A DNA stretch of 64,000 nt, from positions 85,979 to 149,978 of the forward strand of contig CAVPDS010000008.1 of the NCBI GenBank assembly GCA_963702695.1. Reading direction: 5' to 3'. The notes beneath the pieces were generated by a model, which ran no database searches, had not been told where the DNA came from, and saw only the letters and a program-made list of their open reading frames with translations. The position numbers were made by a program, and so were the translations under genes. Each line of letters begins with the position of its first letter. Position 1 is the stretch's first letter. This document shows, piece after piece, positions 44,351 to 52,640 of the stretch. The DNA comes from an uncultured Alphaproteobacteria bacterium. GTDB taxonomy: Bacteria; Pseudomonadota; Alphaproteobacteria; Rhizobiales; Xanthobacteraceae.

Positions 44351-45156
44351 GTGCCGAGCATGAACGACAGCTTGGAGGTGGGAGTCCTCTATCCAGCCTG
44401 ATGACGGCGAAGGATTAGCGAAGCGCAAGGGCGTCACCGCGAGGTGGGGTGTGAAGGAAGCGTGGAGCAAAGCCGCGGCCTGATGGACAAGAACCGGATA
44501 ACGAGGCCTATGTGCGCAGCCAGAAGGCGGGCGAGCGGGTCATGGCTGGCGTCGAGAAGTTCCTGGCCAAACGGCTCAAGCTCAAGGTCGACAAGGCCAA
44601 GAGCGCGGTCGCCAAACCGAGCGTCCGCAAGTTCCTGGGCTTCAGCTTCACCGGCGGGAAAGAAACGCGGCGGCGCATTGCGCCGCCGGCCATCGCCCGC
44701 TTCAAAGCGAGAGTTCGGGAACTGACCCGACGCACGGGCGGCCAAAGTCTCGCGCAGACCATCAAGGAGTTGTCCATCTACTTGATCGGTTGGCGCGGCT
44801 ACTTCGGCTCCTGCCAAACTCCATCAGTGTTGCGCACACTTGATGAATGGATCAGGCGGCGGTTGCGCGCCATCGCCTGGAAGCAATGGAAGCGCGGCCG
44901 GACCCGCTTCGCCGAGCTGCGACGCCGCGGCGTCGGTCGCGACCTGGCGGCCAAAACCGCCGGCAGCCCACATGGCCCCTGGCGGCTCGCGAACAGCCCC
45001 GCGCTCACCATTGCTCTGCCAAACGGCTTCTTCGGTTCACTCGGTCTGGCGCCCGTCGCGCCCCCCCGCACGCCTAATTCGCCGAACCGCCGGATACGGA
45101 CCCGTATGTCCGGTGGTGTGGGAGGGGCGGAGTCGCGAGACTCCCCCTATCCCGAT
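44349..45156 (+). mobile_element. Internally deleted (non-autonomous) group II intron remnant
   Basis: 3' part: IEP thumb/maturase remnant. 34-nt domain V-like hairpin at 45085-45118 (5-bp upper helix, tetraloop, 2-nt GU bulge on the 3' strand, 8-9 bp lower helix). Domain VI-like hairpin at 45120-45153 with a GCGA tetraloop and an unpaired A at 45149, 7 nt before ...GAU (45156). The candidate 5' GUGUG at 44349 is less certain. Confidence 0.6.
44509..45060 (+). pseudogene. Group II intron reverse transcriptase/maturase, C-terminal fragment only
   Basis: YVRSQKAGERVMAGVEKFL...LKVDKAKSAV...FLGFSF (end of the RT domain), then GWRGYFGSCQTPSVLRTLDEWIRRRLRAIAWKQWKRGRTRFAELRRRGV...HGPWRLANSPALTIALPNGFFGSLGL (X/maturase domain). 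RT domains 0-6 are absent. The track ORF runs on through domains V/VI to 45216. Confidence 0.7.
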
Positions 45157-45368
45157 TGCTTGCAAGACCTGCCTGATCTTCTTTTTAAAGCTCATCTATC
45201 GGCGCTATCAGATTGATAAATAGATCATTTCTTCTGAGCGAATCCCAGTTCGATATGCCGTGGCTGCGGTTATGCCCGCGACCGGCGCGGGCGTTCCCGT
45301 CGGTATGGTTAAAAAAGAGTTTAAGGTTAAATCGAGGTTTCAATTGTGGGGACCGCGATGACTGGATA

Positions 45369-45393
45369 GTTCGAATCCTCCCAACGGCGGCCA
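45369..45393 (+). other. tRNA 3'-end-like remnant (possible former att site)
   Basis: G-TTCGAAT-C, then CTCC, CAACGGC, G and CCA. The spacing of T-loop (7), T-stem 3' strand (5), acceptor 3' strand (7), discriminator and CCA is exact. No matching 5' half lies upstream, so it is not a functional tRNA. Confidence 0.3.
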
Positions 45394-45428
45394 TTCCAGA
45401 GCCGCCGCGGCTGGTCGGGGAGGATGCG

Positions 45429-46010
45429 ATGCGGCCCACTCTCGGTCCTACCAACTTCGCACTCATCGGGTGCTACTTTGCGCCGACGTGGGGCGGTGAT
45501 GCGTTGCGCGCGCTGACATCCCCCTTCAGCGGCTTCGACGATCGCGTGCACGCGGCGGCGGCGAGCTATTTCCGCGAGATGTTCGATTTCGGACTGGACG
45601 GCCTGTTGCGCATCTCGAGCGTGCTCGCCGGGATCAAGTTCGTCGTCGCGGCGGCCTTTGTCGCCTATCTGATCGAATTCGCCCGCGCGGTCGTCATGCG
45701 GCGCGAACCCAACCGCGAAACCCTCGATACGGTGCTGCTGCTCGCTGTCGGCGCGATGGTGATCTGGGCGCTGCCCGCGTTCGCGCTCGACGATGCCGGC
45801 ATGATCCGTCTCTACGCCACTCAGTTCATGCTGATCGCCGGCGCGGCCATCGTGATCATGATCGAGCGCAACCTGGAACAGCCCGCCGAAGCGCCGTCGC
45901 GCGCTGCCACACTCGCGCATGCGGAGGAGGCGGTGCCCCGGATCGCGGCCGCTGCCATCCCGGTTCCGGCCGCGGCGCGCCGTTTCTCGCTGCCGGCGCG
46001 GATGACCTGA
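45429..46010 (+). CDS. Hypothetical membrane protein
   Basis: MRPTLGPTNFALIGCYF..., with about 4 hydrophobic helices (LAGIKFVVAAAFVAYLIEF, LLLAVGAMVIWALPAFAL, FMLIAGAAIVIMI). ATG 45429 with GGGGAGGA upstream. Confidence 0.5.
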   Translation: MRPTLGPTNFALIGCYFAPTWGGDALRALTSPFSGFDDRVHAAAASYFREMFDFGLDGLLRISSVLAGIKFVVAAAFVAYLIEFARAVVMRREPNRETLDTVLLLAVGAMVIWALPAFALDDAGMIRLYATQFMLIAGAAIVIMIERNLEQPAEAPSRAATLAHAEEAVPRIAAAAIPVPAAARRFSLPARMT

Positions 46011-46025
46011 GCGATCCCGCCGGTA

Positions 46026-46808
46026 TCACTGCCGCAGGAAATTCAGCACCGTGTCGGTGTAGGCCTGCGCCTGTTCGATATTGGCCAGGTGCGCGCCGTC
46101 GACCGCCGCCAGCTTGGCGCCCGGAATCTTGCTCTGGATGAATTCTCCGGCGGACGGCGGCGTCGCCTGATCGCGCAAGCCGATGATCACCAGTGTCGGC
46201 GGCTTGATGCGGGCCAGAATTTCGCGGTGATCCATGTCGCGCACCGCCTGGCCGCAGGCGATGTAGCCTTCGAGCGGTGTGGCGGCGAGCATCTCCGTCA
46301 ATCGCGCGGCAACTGCCGGCTCGCGGTCGCGGAATTCCTGGCTCAGCCAGAAAGAGACCAGGCGTTCGGCCATCGGCGCGATGGCGCCCGCCGCCCGCAG
46401 CGCCGCGATGCGGTCGTTCCAGAAACTCTTGTCGGGGTAATAGTAGTTCGTGTTCGAGAGCACCATGCGCTCGAACCGCTCGGGCGCGTTGGCGCCGAGC
46501 CACATGCCTTCCATGCCGCCCATCGAGAGGCCGCACCAGTTGACCTTCTCGAGCCCGAGGCCGTCGAGGATCGCCAGCACGTCGCGGCCGAGCCGCTCCA
46601 TCGAATAGGGACCGGGCGGCAGGCCCGACTTGCCATGCCCGCGCCGGTCGAAGCGCACCAGCCTGAAATGCTGCGTGAACGCAGCGACCTGCGGCTCCCA
46701 CATGGCGAGTGTGGTGCCGAGCGAGTTCGACAGCATCAGTACCGGCGCGTTGTCGGGACCCTCGACCTCGACATGGATCGGGCAGCCGTCGGCATTGATG
46801 GTCGGCAC
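46026..46808 (-). CDS. Alpha/beta hydrolase, 3-oxoadipate enol-lactonase-like
   Basis: LMLSNSLGTTLAMWEPQ, nucleophile elbow GLSMGG, and C-terminal GAHLANIE (His). GTG start with AGAGGTG upstream. Confidence 0.8.
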   Translation of the reverse strand: MPTINADGCPIHVEVEGPDNAPVLMLSNSLGTTLAMWEPQVAAFTQHFRLVRFDRRGHGKSGLPPGPYSMERLGRDVLAILDGLGLEKVNWCGLSMGGMEGMWLGANAPERFERMVLSNTNYYYPDKSFWNDRIAALRAAGAIAPMAERLVSFWLSQEFRDREPAVAARLTEMLAATPLEGYIACGQAVRDMDHREILARIKPPTLVIIGLRDQATPPSAGEFIQSKIPGAKLAAVDGAHLANIEQAQAYTDTVLNFLRQ

Positions 46809-46963
46809 GGTTCACCTCTTGCCATTCGCTGACGGCAGCCCTGTTTATCGGTCCACATTCCGGCCGCCAACCCCCGCAACCAACGAACGGCTCGTTTTGA
46901 AAACCCTTTCCCGGCGGTGCGGCAACGCTCTATACCTGCCGCTGAATTGACGGAGTGCACGTA

Positions 46964-47416
46964 ATGGCGATGACGATGAAGGGCGAGGTCCAACTCCCTG
47001 CCAGCCGGGAGACGGTATGGGCCAAGCTCAACGATTCCGCAGTGCTTAAGCAATGCATCCCCGGATGCGAACAGCTCGACATGACCTCGCCGACCGAATT
47101 CCAGGCGATCGCCACCATCAAGATCGGTCCGGTGAAGGCGCGGTGGAAGGGGAAAGTGCGGCTCTCCGATCTCGATCCGCCCAACAGCTATCTCATTTCC
47201 GGCGAAGGGGAGGGCGGCGTCGCTGGCTTCGCCAAGGGCGGCGCCAAGGTCGCCCTCTCGGACAAGGATGGCGGCACGCTGCTTTCCTACGACGTCGAGG
47301 CACAGATCGGCGGCAAGCTCGCTCAGCTCGGCCAGCGTCTGATCAACAGCGCGGCGAAGAAGACCGCGGACGATTTCTTCGTGAAATTCGCGCAGGCGGT
47401 GGGGAGTGCGGCATAG
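46964..47416 (+). CDS. coxG: SRPBCC/CoxG family protein
   Basis: MAMTMKGEVQLPASRETVWAKLNDSAVLKQCIPGCE...GGKLAQLGQRLINSAAKKTADDFF. ATG 46964 has GGAG 8 nt upstream; the track start is a GTG 9 nt earlier. Confidence 0.8.
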   Translation: MAMTMKGEVQLPASRETVWAKLNDSAVLKQCIPGCEQLDMTSPTEFQAIATIKIGPVKARWKGKVRLSDLDPPNSYLISGEGEGGVAGFAKGGAKVALSDKDGGTLLSYDVEAQIGGKLAQLGQRLINSAAKKTADDFFVKFAQAVGSAA

Positions 47417-47586
47417 CTGCATGCCCTTCGGGGGCCCTTGACCGTGGGCCCCGGCGGGGCCAGAAGGTCCTTGTCCCAAGACCTGCCACCGGGCAGAATC
47501 GGCTCGATTTTGCCCTGTTTTCCGCCGCGGTTGATCCAGCGGCGCGAAAAGTGGGCCATTTGGCCCCGTTTTCGAGGAGGTAGCCT

Positions 47587-48084
47587 ATGTCCGCCGTCGC
47601 GATGACGGTGAACGGCAAAGCCGTCACCGGCGACATCGATCCGCGCACCCTGCTGGTGCAGTTCCTGCGTGAAAACCTCCGCCTGACCGGCACCCACGTC
47701 GGCTGCGACACCTCGCAATGCGGGGCGTGCGTCGTGCAGGTGAACGGCAAGGCGATCAAGTCCTGCACCATCTTCGCCTGGCAGCTCGATGGCGCGGATG
47801 TCCTCACGATCGAAGGCTTGGCGGAGCCGAACGGGCCGCTGCATCCGATGCAGGAGGCGTTCCGCGAAAATCACGGCCTGCAGTGCGGCTATTGCACGCC
47901 CGGCATGATCATGTCCGCGATCGACATCGTGAACCGCAAAGGCAACGACCTCGACGAGCAGACCATCCGCCACGAGCTCGAAGGCAACATCTGCCGCTGC
48001 ACCGGCTACCACAATATCGTGAAGGCGATCGCAGCCGGTGCGAAAGCCATGAGCAAGGGTGGAGCGCAACAGGCAGCGGAATAG
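47587..48084 (+). CDS. coxS: (2Fe-2S)-binding small subunit of a molybdenum hydroxylase
   Basis: Plant-type cluster C-x4-C-x2-C ([12 protein letters not shown]) and second cluster QCGYCTPGM...CRCTGY. GAGGAGG upstream. Confidence 0.9.
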   Translation: MSAVAMTVNGKAVTGDIDPRTLLVQFLRENLRLTGTHVGCDTSQCGACVVQVNGKAIKSCTIFAWQLDGADVLTIEGLAEPNGPLHPMQEAFRENHGLQCGYCTPGMIMSAIDIVNRKGNDLDEQTIRHELEGNICRCTGYHNIVKAIAAGAKAMSKGGAQQAAE

Positions 48085-48116
48085 CGGGAAGGCGTCGTTC
48101 CATAAGGAGCACGGCC

Positions 48117-50483
48117 ATGAGCGCGACTGGAATCGGAGCGGCGGTGCGCCGCAAGGAAGATCGGCGCTTCATCACCGGCAAGGGCCATTACACCGACGAC
48201 GAGAGCCGGCCGGGCCAAGCTTATGCCTATTTCGTCCGCTCGCCGCATGCGCACGCGAACATCAAGAAGATCGACACGGCCGCGGCGGAAAAAATGCCCG
48301 GCGTGCTGGCGGTGCTCACTGGTGCCGAGCTCGCGGGGGACAAGATCGGCAACCTGATCTGCGGCTGGATGATCCACTCCAAGGATGGCTCGCCGATGAA
48401 GATGGCGGCGCATCCGGCGCTGGCGCGCGGCAAGGCTTGCCACGTCGGTGATCCGGTGGTGGTGGTGGTCGCGGAGACGCTGGCGCAGGCGAAGGATGCC
48501 GGCGAGAAAGTGCAAGTGGACTACGAGGTCCTGCCGGCGGTCGCCGATCCCGCGAAGGCGCAAGCCGCGAACGCGCCGCTGATCCACGATATTGCCCCGC
48601 AGAACACGATCTATCAGTGGCACCTCGGGGACGCCAAAGCCGTTGCTGCCGCCTTCAAGGCGGCGAACCACGTCACCCGCATGGACATCATCAACAATCG
48701 CCTGGTGCCGAATGCGATCGAGCCGCGCGCCGCGATCGGCGAATACGACGCCGGCACCGAGAGCTTCACGCTCTGGAACACGACGCAGAACCCGCACGTT
48801 GCGCGGCTCGTGATCGCCGCCTTCGTCGGCATGGCGCCCGAGCACAAGCTGCGGGTGATCGCGCCCGACGTCGGCGGCGGTTTCGGCTCGAAGATCTTCA
48901 TCTATCCCGAGGAGGTTGTGGCGCTGTGGGCGTCTAAGCGCGTCGGGCGGCCGGTGAAATGGGTCGCCGACCGCTCGGAATCATTCCTCTGCGATGCGCA
49001 CGGCCGCGATCACGTCACGCGCGCGGAAATGGCCTTCGACGCCGAGGGCAAGATCACCGGCCTCAAGGTCAAGACCATCGCTAATCTCGGCGCCTACATG
49101 TCGACCTTCTCGTCGTCGGTACCGACCTATCTCTATGCCACGCTGCTGTCCGGCCAATACGAGATCCCGGCGATCTATTGCGAGGTCGATGCGGTCTACA
49201 CCAACACCGTGCCGGTCGACGCCTATCGCGGCGCCGGGCGGCCGGAGGCAACCTTCGTGGTCGAGCGGCTGGTGGAAGTCGGCGCGCGCGAACTGGGCGT
49301 TGATCCGGCCGAGCTGCGCAGGAAGAACTTCATCAAGAGTTTCCCGCACCAGACGCCGGTGATCATGTCTTATGACACGGGCGACTATCACGGCTCGCTG
49401 AAGAAGGCGCTGGAGATCGCCGACCACAAGGGGTTCGCCAAGCGCAAGCGCGAATCCGCCAGGAACGGCAAGCTCCGCGGCATCGGCTTCTCGACCTACA
49501 TCGAAGCCTGCGGGCTCGCGCCGTCGCAGGCGGTGGGCTCGCTTGGGGCCGGCGTCGGCCTGTGGGAGTCGGCGGAAGTCCGTGTTAATCCAACTGGTTC
49601 CGTCGAAGTCCTCACCGGATGTCACGCCCACGGCCAGGGCCACGAAACGACGTTCGCGCAGGTGGTGTCGGAACGCCTCGGCATGTCGATCGACAACGTC
49701 AGCGTCGTCCACGGCGACACCGACAAGGTGCAGTTCGGCATGGGCACCTACGGCTCGCGTTCGGGCGCGGTCGGCATGTCGGCGCTGGTGAAGGCGCTCG
49801 GCAAGGTCGAGACCAAGGCCAAGAAGGTCGCCGCTCATCTCCTCGAAGCGGCCGAGGGCGACATCGTATTCAAGGACGGAAAGTTCACGGTCGCCGGCAC
49901 CGATAAGTCGGCGGCCTGGGGCGACGTCACGCTCAACGCCTACATCGCGCACAAATTCTCCGGCCAGGAGCTCGAGCCTGGCCTCAAGGAGGGCGCGTTC
50001 TACGACCCGGTCAACTTTACCTTCCCGGCCGGCTGTCACATCTGCGAGGTCGAGATCGATCCCGAGACCGGCGAGAGCGAGATCGTCGCCTGGACCGCGG
50101 TCGATGACTTCGGCGTTGTCATCAACCCGATGATCGTCGAAGGCCAGGTGCATGGCGGCGTCGCGCAGGGCATCGGGCAGGCACTGCTCGAAGGTGCGTC
50201 CTACGACCCGGACGGCCAGCTCGTCACCGGCTCGTTCATGGATTACTGCATGCCGCGCGCCGACCACCTGCCGGCGTTCAAGGTCGACACCACGGTCACC
50301 AGGTGCCCGTCGAACCCGCTCGGCATCAAGGGCTGCGGCGAAGCCGGCGCAATCGCGGCGCCTGCCGCTGTCATCAACGCTATCACCGATGCGATCGGTA
50401 GCGAGGATTTGGCGATGCCCGCAACTGCGCCGGCAGTGTGGGCGGCGCTGCAAAAAGCCAACAACAGCCGCAAGGCGGCGTAG
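48117..50483 (+). CDS. coxL: Molybdopterin-binding large subunit, form II CoxL-like (xanthine dehydrogenase family)
   Basis: 788 aa. The active-site loop reads VDAYRGAGRPEA (AYRGAGR, form II), not the AYxCSFR of bona fide CO dehydrogenases. ATG 48117 with AAGGAG upstream. The first 133 codons of the track ORF overlap coxS off-frame. Confidence 0.9.
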   Translation: MSATGIGAAVRRKEDRRFITGKGHYTDDESRPGQAYAYFVRSPHAHANIKKIDTAAAEKMPGVLAVLTGAELAGDKIGNLICGWMIHSKDGSPMKMAAHPALARGKACHVGDPVVVVVAETLAQAKDAGEKVQVDYEVLPAVADPAKAQAANAPLIHDIAPQNTIYQWHLGDAKAVAAAFKAANHVTRMDIINNRLVPNAIEPRAAIGEYDAGTESFTLWNTTQNPHVARLVIAAFVGMAPEHKLRVIAPDVGGGFGSKIFIYPEEVVALWASKRVGRPVKWVADRSESFLCDAHGRDHVTRAEMAFDAEGKITGLKVKTIANLGAYMSTFSSSVPTYLYATLLSGQYEIPAIYCEVDAVYTNTVPVDAYRGAGRPEATFVVERLVEVGARELGVDPAELRRKNFIKSFPHQTPVIMSYDTGDYHGSLKKALEIADHKGFAKRKRESARNGKLRGIGFSTYIEACGLAPSQAVGSLGAGVGLWESAEVRVNPTGSVEVLTGCHAHGQGHETTFAQVVSERLGMSIDNVSVVHGDTDKVQFGMGTYGSRSGAVGMSALVKALGKVETKAKKVAAHLLEAAEGDIVFKDGKFTVAGTDKSAAWGDVTLNAYIAHKFSGQELEPGLKEGAFYDPVNFTFPAGCHICEVEIDPETGESEIVAWTAVDDFGVVINPMIVEGQVHGGVAQGIGQALLEGASYDPDGQLVTGSFMDYCMPRADHLPAFKVDTTVTRCPSNPLGIKGCGEAGAIAAPAAVINAITDAIGSEDLAMPATAPAVWAALQKANNSRKAA

Positions 50484-50494
50484 GAGAAACCAGG

Positions 50495-51301
50495 ATGTAC
50501 GCTTTCAACCAGCATCGCCCGACCACCGTGCGCCAGGCCGCAAGCCTGCTCGGCAAGCAGGAGGAGGCAAAGCTCCTCGCCGGCGGTCATACGCTGATCC
50601 CGACCATGAAGCTGCGGCTCGCCGGGCCGAAGAACATCATCGACATGTCGAAGATCGAGGGCCTCACCGGCATCGAGGTTTCGGGACGCTCAGTGACAAT
50701 CGGCGCGATGACGACGCATGCGCAGGTGGCGGCTTCGTCCGAGGTGGCGGAAGCCATCCCGGCGCTGGCCTATCTCGCGAGCCTGATCGGCGATCCGGCG
50801 GTGCGCCATCGCGGCACCATCGGCGGCTCGATCGCCAACAATGATCCGAACGCGGACTATCCTGCGGCTTGCCTTGGCCTCGGCGCCACCATCATCACCA
50901 ACAAGCGCCGCATTGCCGCCGACGAGTTCTTCAAGGGCCTGTTCGACACCGCGCTCGAGCCCGACGAGATCATCACCAAGGTGCAATTCCCGAAGGTCAA
51001 CAAGGCCGGCTACGAGAAATTCCGCAATCCGGCGTCACGCTTCGCGCTGGTCGGCGTGTTCGCCTCGAAGCGCGGTTCGGAGATCCGCGTCGCCGTCACC
51101 GGCGCCGGCTCGAGCGGCGTCTTCCGCGTGCCGTCGTTCGAGGAGGCGCTCAAGAAGCGCTTCAGCCCGAAGTCGCTGGAAGGGATGACCATCGAGGCCG
51201 ACGGCATGTCGAGCGACATCCACGGCAGCGCCGAATACCGCGCGCACCTGGTCGGCGTGCTGGCGCGCCGCGCGGTGGCGCGCGCGGTCGCCGGCGAGTA
51301 G
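50495..51301 (+). CDS. coxM: FAD-binding medium subunit of a molybdenum hydroxylase
   Basis: LLAGGHTLIPTMKLRL and HRGTIGGSIANNDP FAD-binding motifs. ATG 50495 with TAGGAG upstream. Confidence 0.9.
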   Translation: MYAFNQHRPTTVRQAASLLGKQEEAKLLAGGHTLIPTMKLRLAGPKNIIDMSKIEGLTGIEVSGRSVTIGAMTTHAQVAASSEVAEAIPALAYLASLIGDPAVRHRGTIGGSIANNDPNADYPAACLGLGATIITNKRRIAADEFFKGLFDTALEPDEIITKVQFPKVNKAGYEKFRNPASRFALVGVFASKRGSEIRVAVTGAGSSGVFRVPSFEEALKKRFSPKSLEGMTIEADGMSSDIHGSAEYRAHLVGVLARRAVARAVAGE

Positions 51302-51310
51302 CAGCAATTG

Positions 51311-52247
51311 ATGGATTCCGCGTCCGCCCCGCACACTCTTCCCACTTCGATCGACGCGACGCTCGATCTGCTGGCGGCAGCGGATTATCTCGCTGACCGA
51401 TCGCTCGCGACGGTGCTCTTCCTTGCGCTGCGGATGGGCCGTCCGCTGTTCCTCGAAGGCGAGGCCGGCGTCGGCAAGACCGAGATCGCCAAGGTGCTCT
51501 CGGCGACGCTCGGGCGGCGGCTGATCCGGCTGCAATGCTATGAGGGGCTCGACGTCGCGGCGGCGGTGTACGAGTGGAACTACGCCGCACAGATGATCGC
51601 GATCCGCGTGGCGGAGGCGCAAGGCGAGCACGATCGCGAGCGGATCGAGCACGATGTGTTCTCCGAGCGGTTCCTGATCAAGCGGCCGCTGCTGCAGGCG
51701 CTGGAGCCCGATACGGCTGGCGCGCCGGTGCTGCTGATCGACGAACTCGACCGTGCCGACGAGGCGTTCGAGGCGTTTTTGCTCGAAGTGCTCGCGGACT
51801 ACCAGGTAACGGTGCCGGAGCTCGGCACCGTCAAGGCCGTGGCGCCGCCGATCGTGGTCATAACCTCGAACCGCACGCGCGAAATCCACGACGCGCTCAA
51901 GCGCCGCTGCCTCTATCACTGGGTCGGCTATCCCAATGCCGAGCGCGAGCTGGCGATCGTGCGCGCCAAGGTGCCGGGCATCGGCAAGACGCTGTCGGCG
52001 CAGGTCGTGCATTTCGTGCAGGCGCTGCGCAAGGAGGACCTGTTCAAATCGCCCGGCGTCGCCGAAACGCTCGACTGGGCGTCCGCGCTCACCGAGCTTG
52101 ATGTCGCCGCGCTCGATCCGGCGATGGTCTCCGACACGCTCGGGCGTGCTGCTCAAGTACCAGGACGACATCGCGCGCATCGAAGGCAGCAAGGCGAAGG
52201 AGCTAATCGAAAGCGTGCGCGCGGAGCTGCGGGCGGATAGTGATTAG
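51311..52247 (+). pseudogene. coxD: MoxR/CoxD-type AAA+ ATPase with an apparent +1 frameshift about 100 nt before the 3' end
   Basis: Walker A GEAGVGKT and Walker B LLIDELDRA. After ...MVSDTLG (52142-52144) the high-GC3, homologue-like continuation VLLKYQDDIARIEGSKAKELIESVRAELRADSD* is in the next frame (from 52146, stop at 52245-52247). The in-frame reading gives an Arg/Gly/Ala-rich tail ending at 52240. Confidence 0.8.
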
Positions 52248-52311
52248 GCAGCGAATGCGCATTTGAAGGATGTCGTCAGACGCGAGGCCGGCATGTATCT
52301 CATCCGTCAAG

Positions 52312-52640
52312 ATGATACTGGCCGCGATCGCGGCGATGCTCGTCAATGGCGCCGCATTCGCAGCTCCGATCAATTGCGCGACCGACAGGCAGCCCGATGA
52401 AGTCGCGGTCTGCACGATCCCCGGCATGGTCGAAGTCGATCGCAATAGTCGACCGCTTCTACGGTGAGCTTGATGCGCCGGTCCAATCCGGCCGCGCGGG
52501 CCGCGGTCCAGAAAGATCAGCGCCAATTCTTCGCCGACCGGGCGCGAAATGCGAACGCGACGAGACCGATTGCATCCGGCTAACCTACCGGGCGCGGTCG
52601 CAGGAACTCCAGGCGGCGCTGCGCGAAAGTCGACAAGTGA
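52312..52640 (+). pseudogene. DUF1311/LprI-like secreted protein gene broken by about three frame changes
   Basis: Frame 1: signal peptide MILAAIAAMLVNGAAFA, then PINCATDRQPDEVAVCTIPGMVEVDR. Frame 2: IVDRFYGEL. Frame 0: MRRSNPAARAAVQKDQRQFFADRA. Frame 2: KCERDETDCIRLTYRARSQELQAAL. Joined, these reproduce the DUF1311 pattern C..A....E..IC....L..lD..l...Y..l....Qr.W...R..C....C....Y..R..eL. GC3 is high only in the indicated frame of each segment. Confidence 0.45.

Noticed and set aside
45259-45393. A complete tRNA gene ending at the CCA at 45391-45393
   Set aside because: The sequence upstream of the T-loop does not pair with the T-stem 3' strand (ggata against the required ggagg). The nearest acceptor-complementary stretch (gccgtgg at 45262-45268) is about 130 nt away. 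Only the 3' roughly 25 nt look tRNA-like.
48117-50483. Calling the large subunit a genuine aerobic carbon-monoxide dehydrogenase
   Set aside because: The active-site loop is AYRGAGR (form II) rather than AYxCSFR, and the gene order is S-L-M. CO oxidation cannot be inferred.
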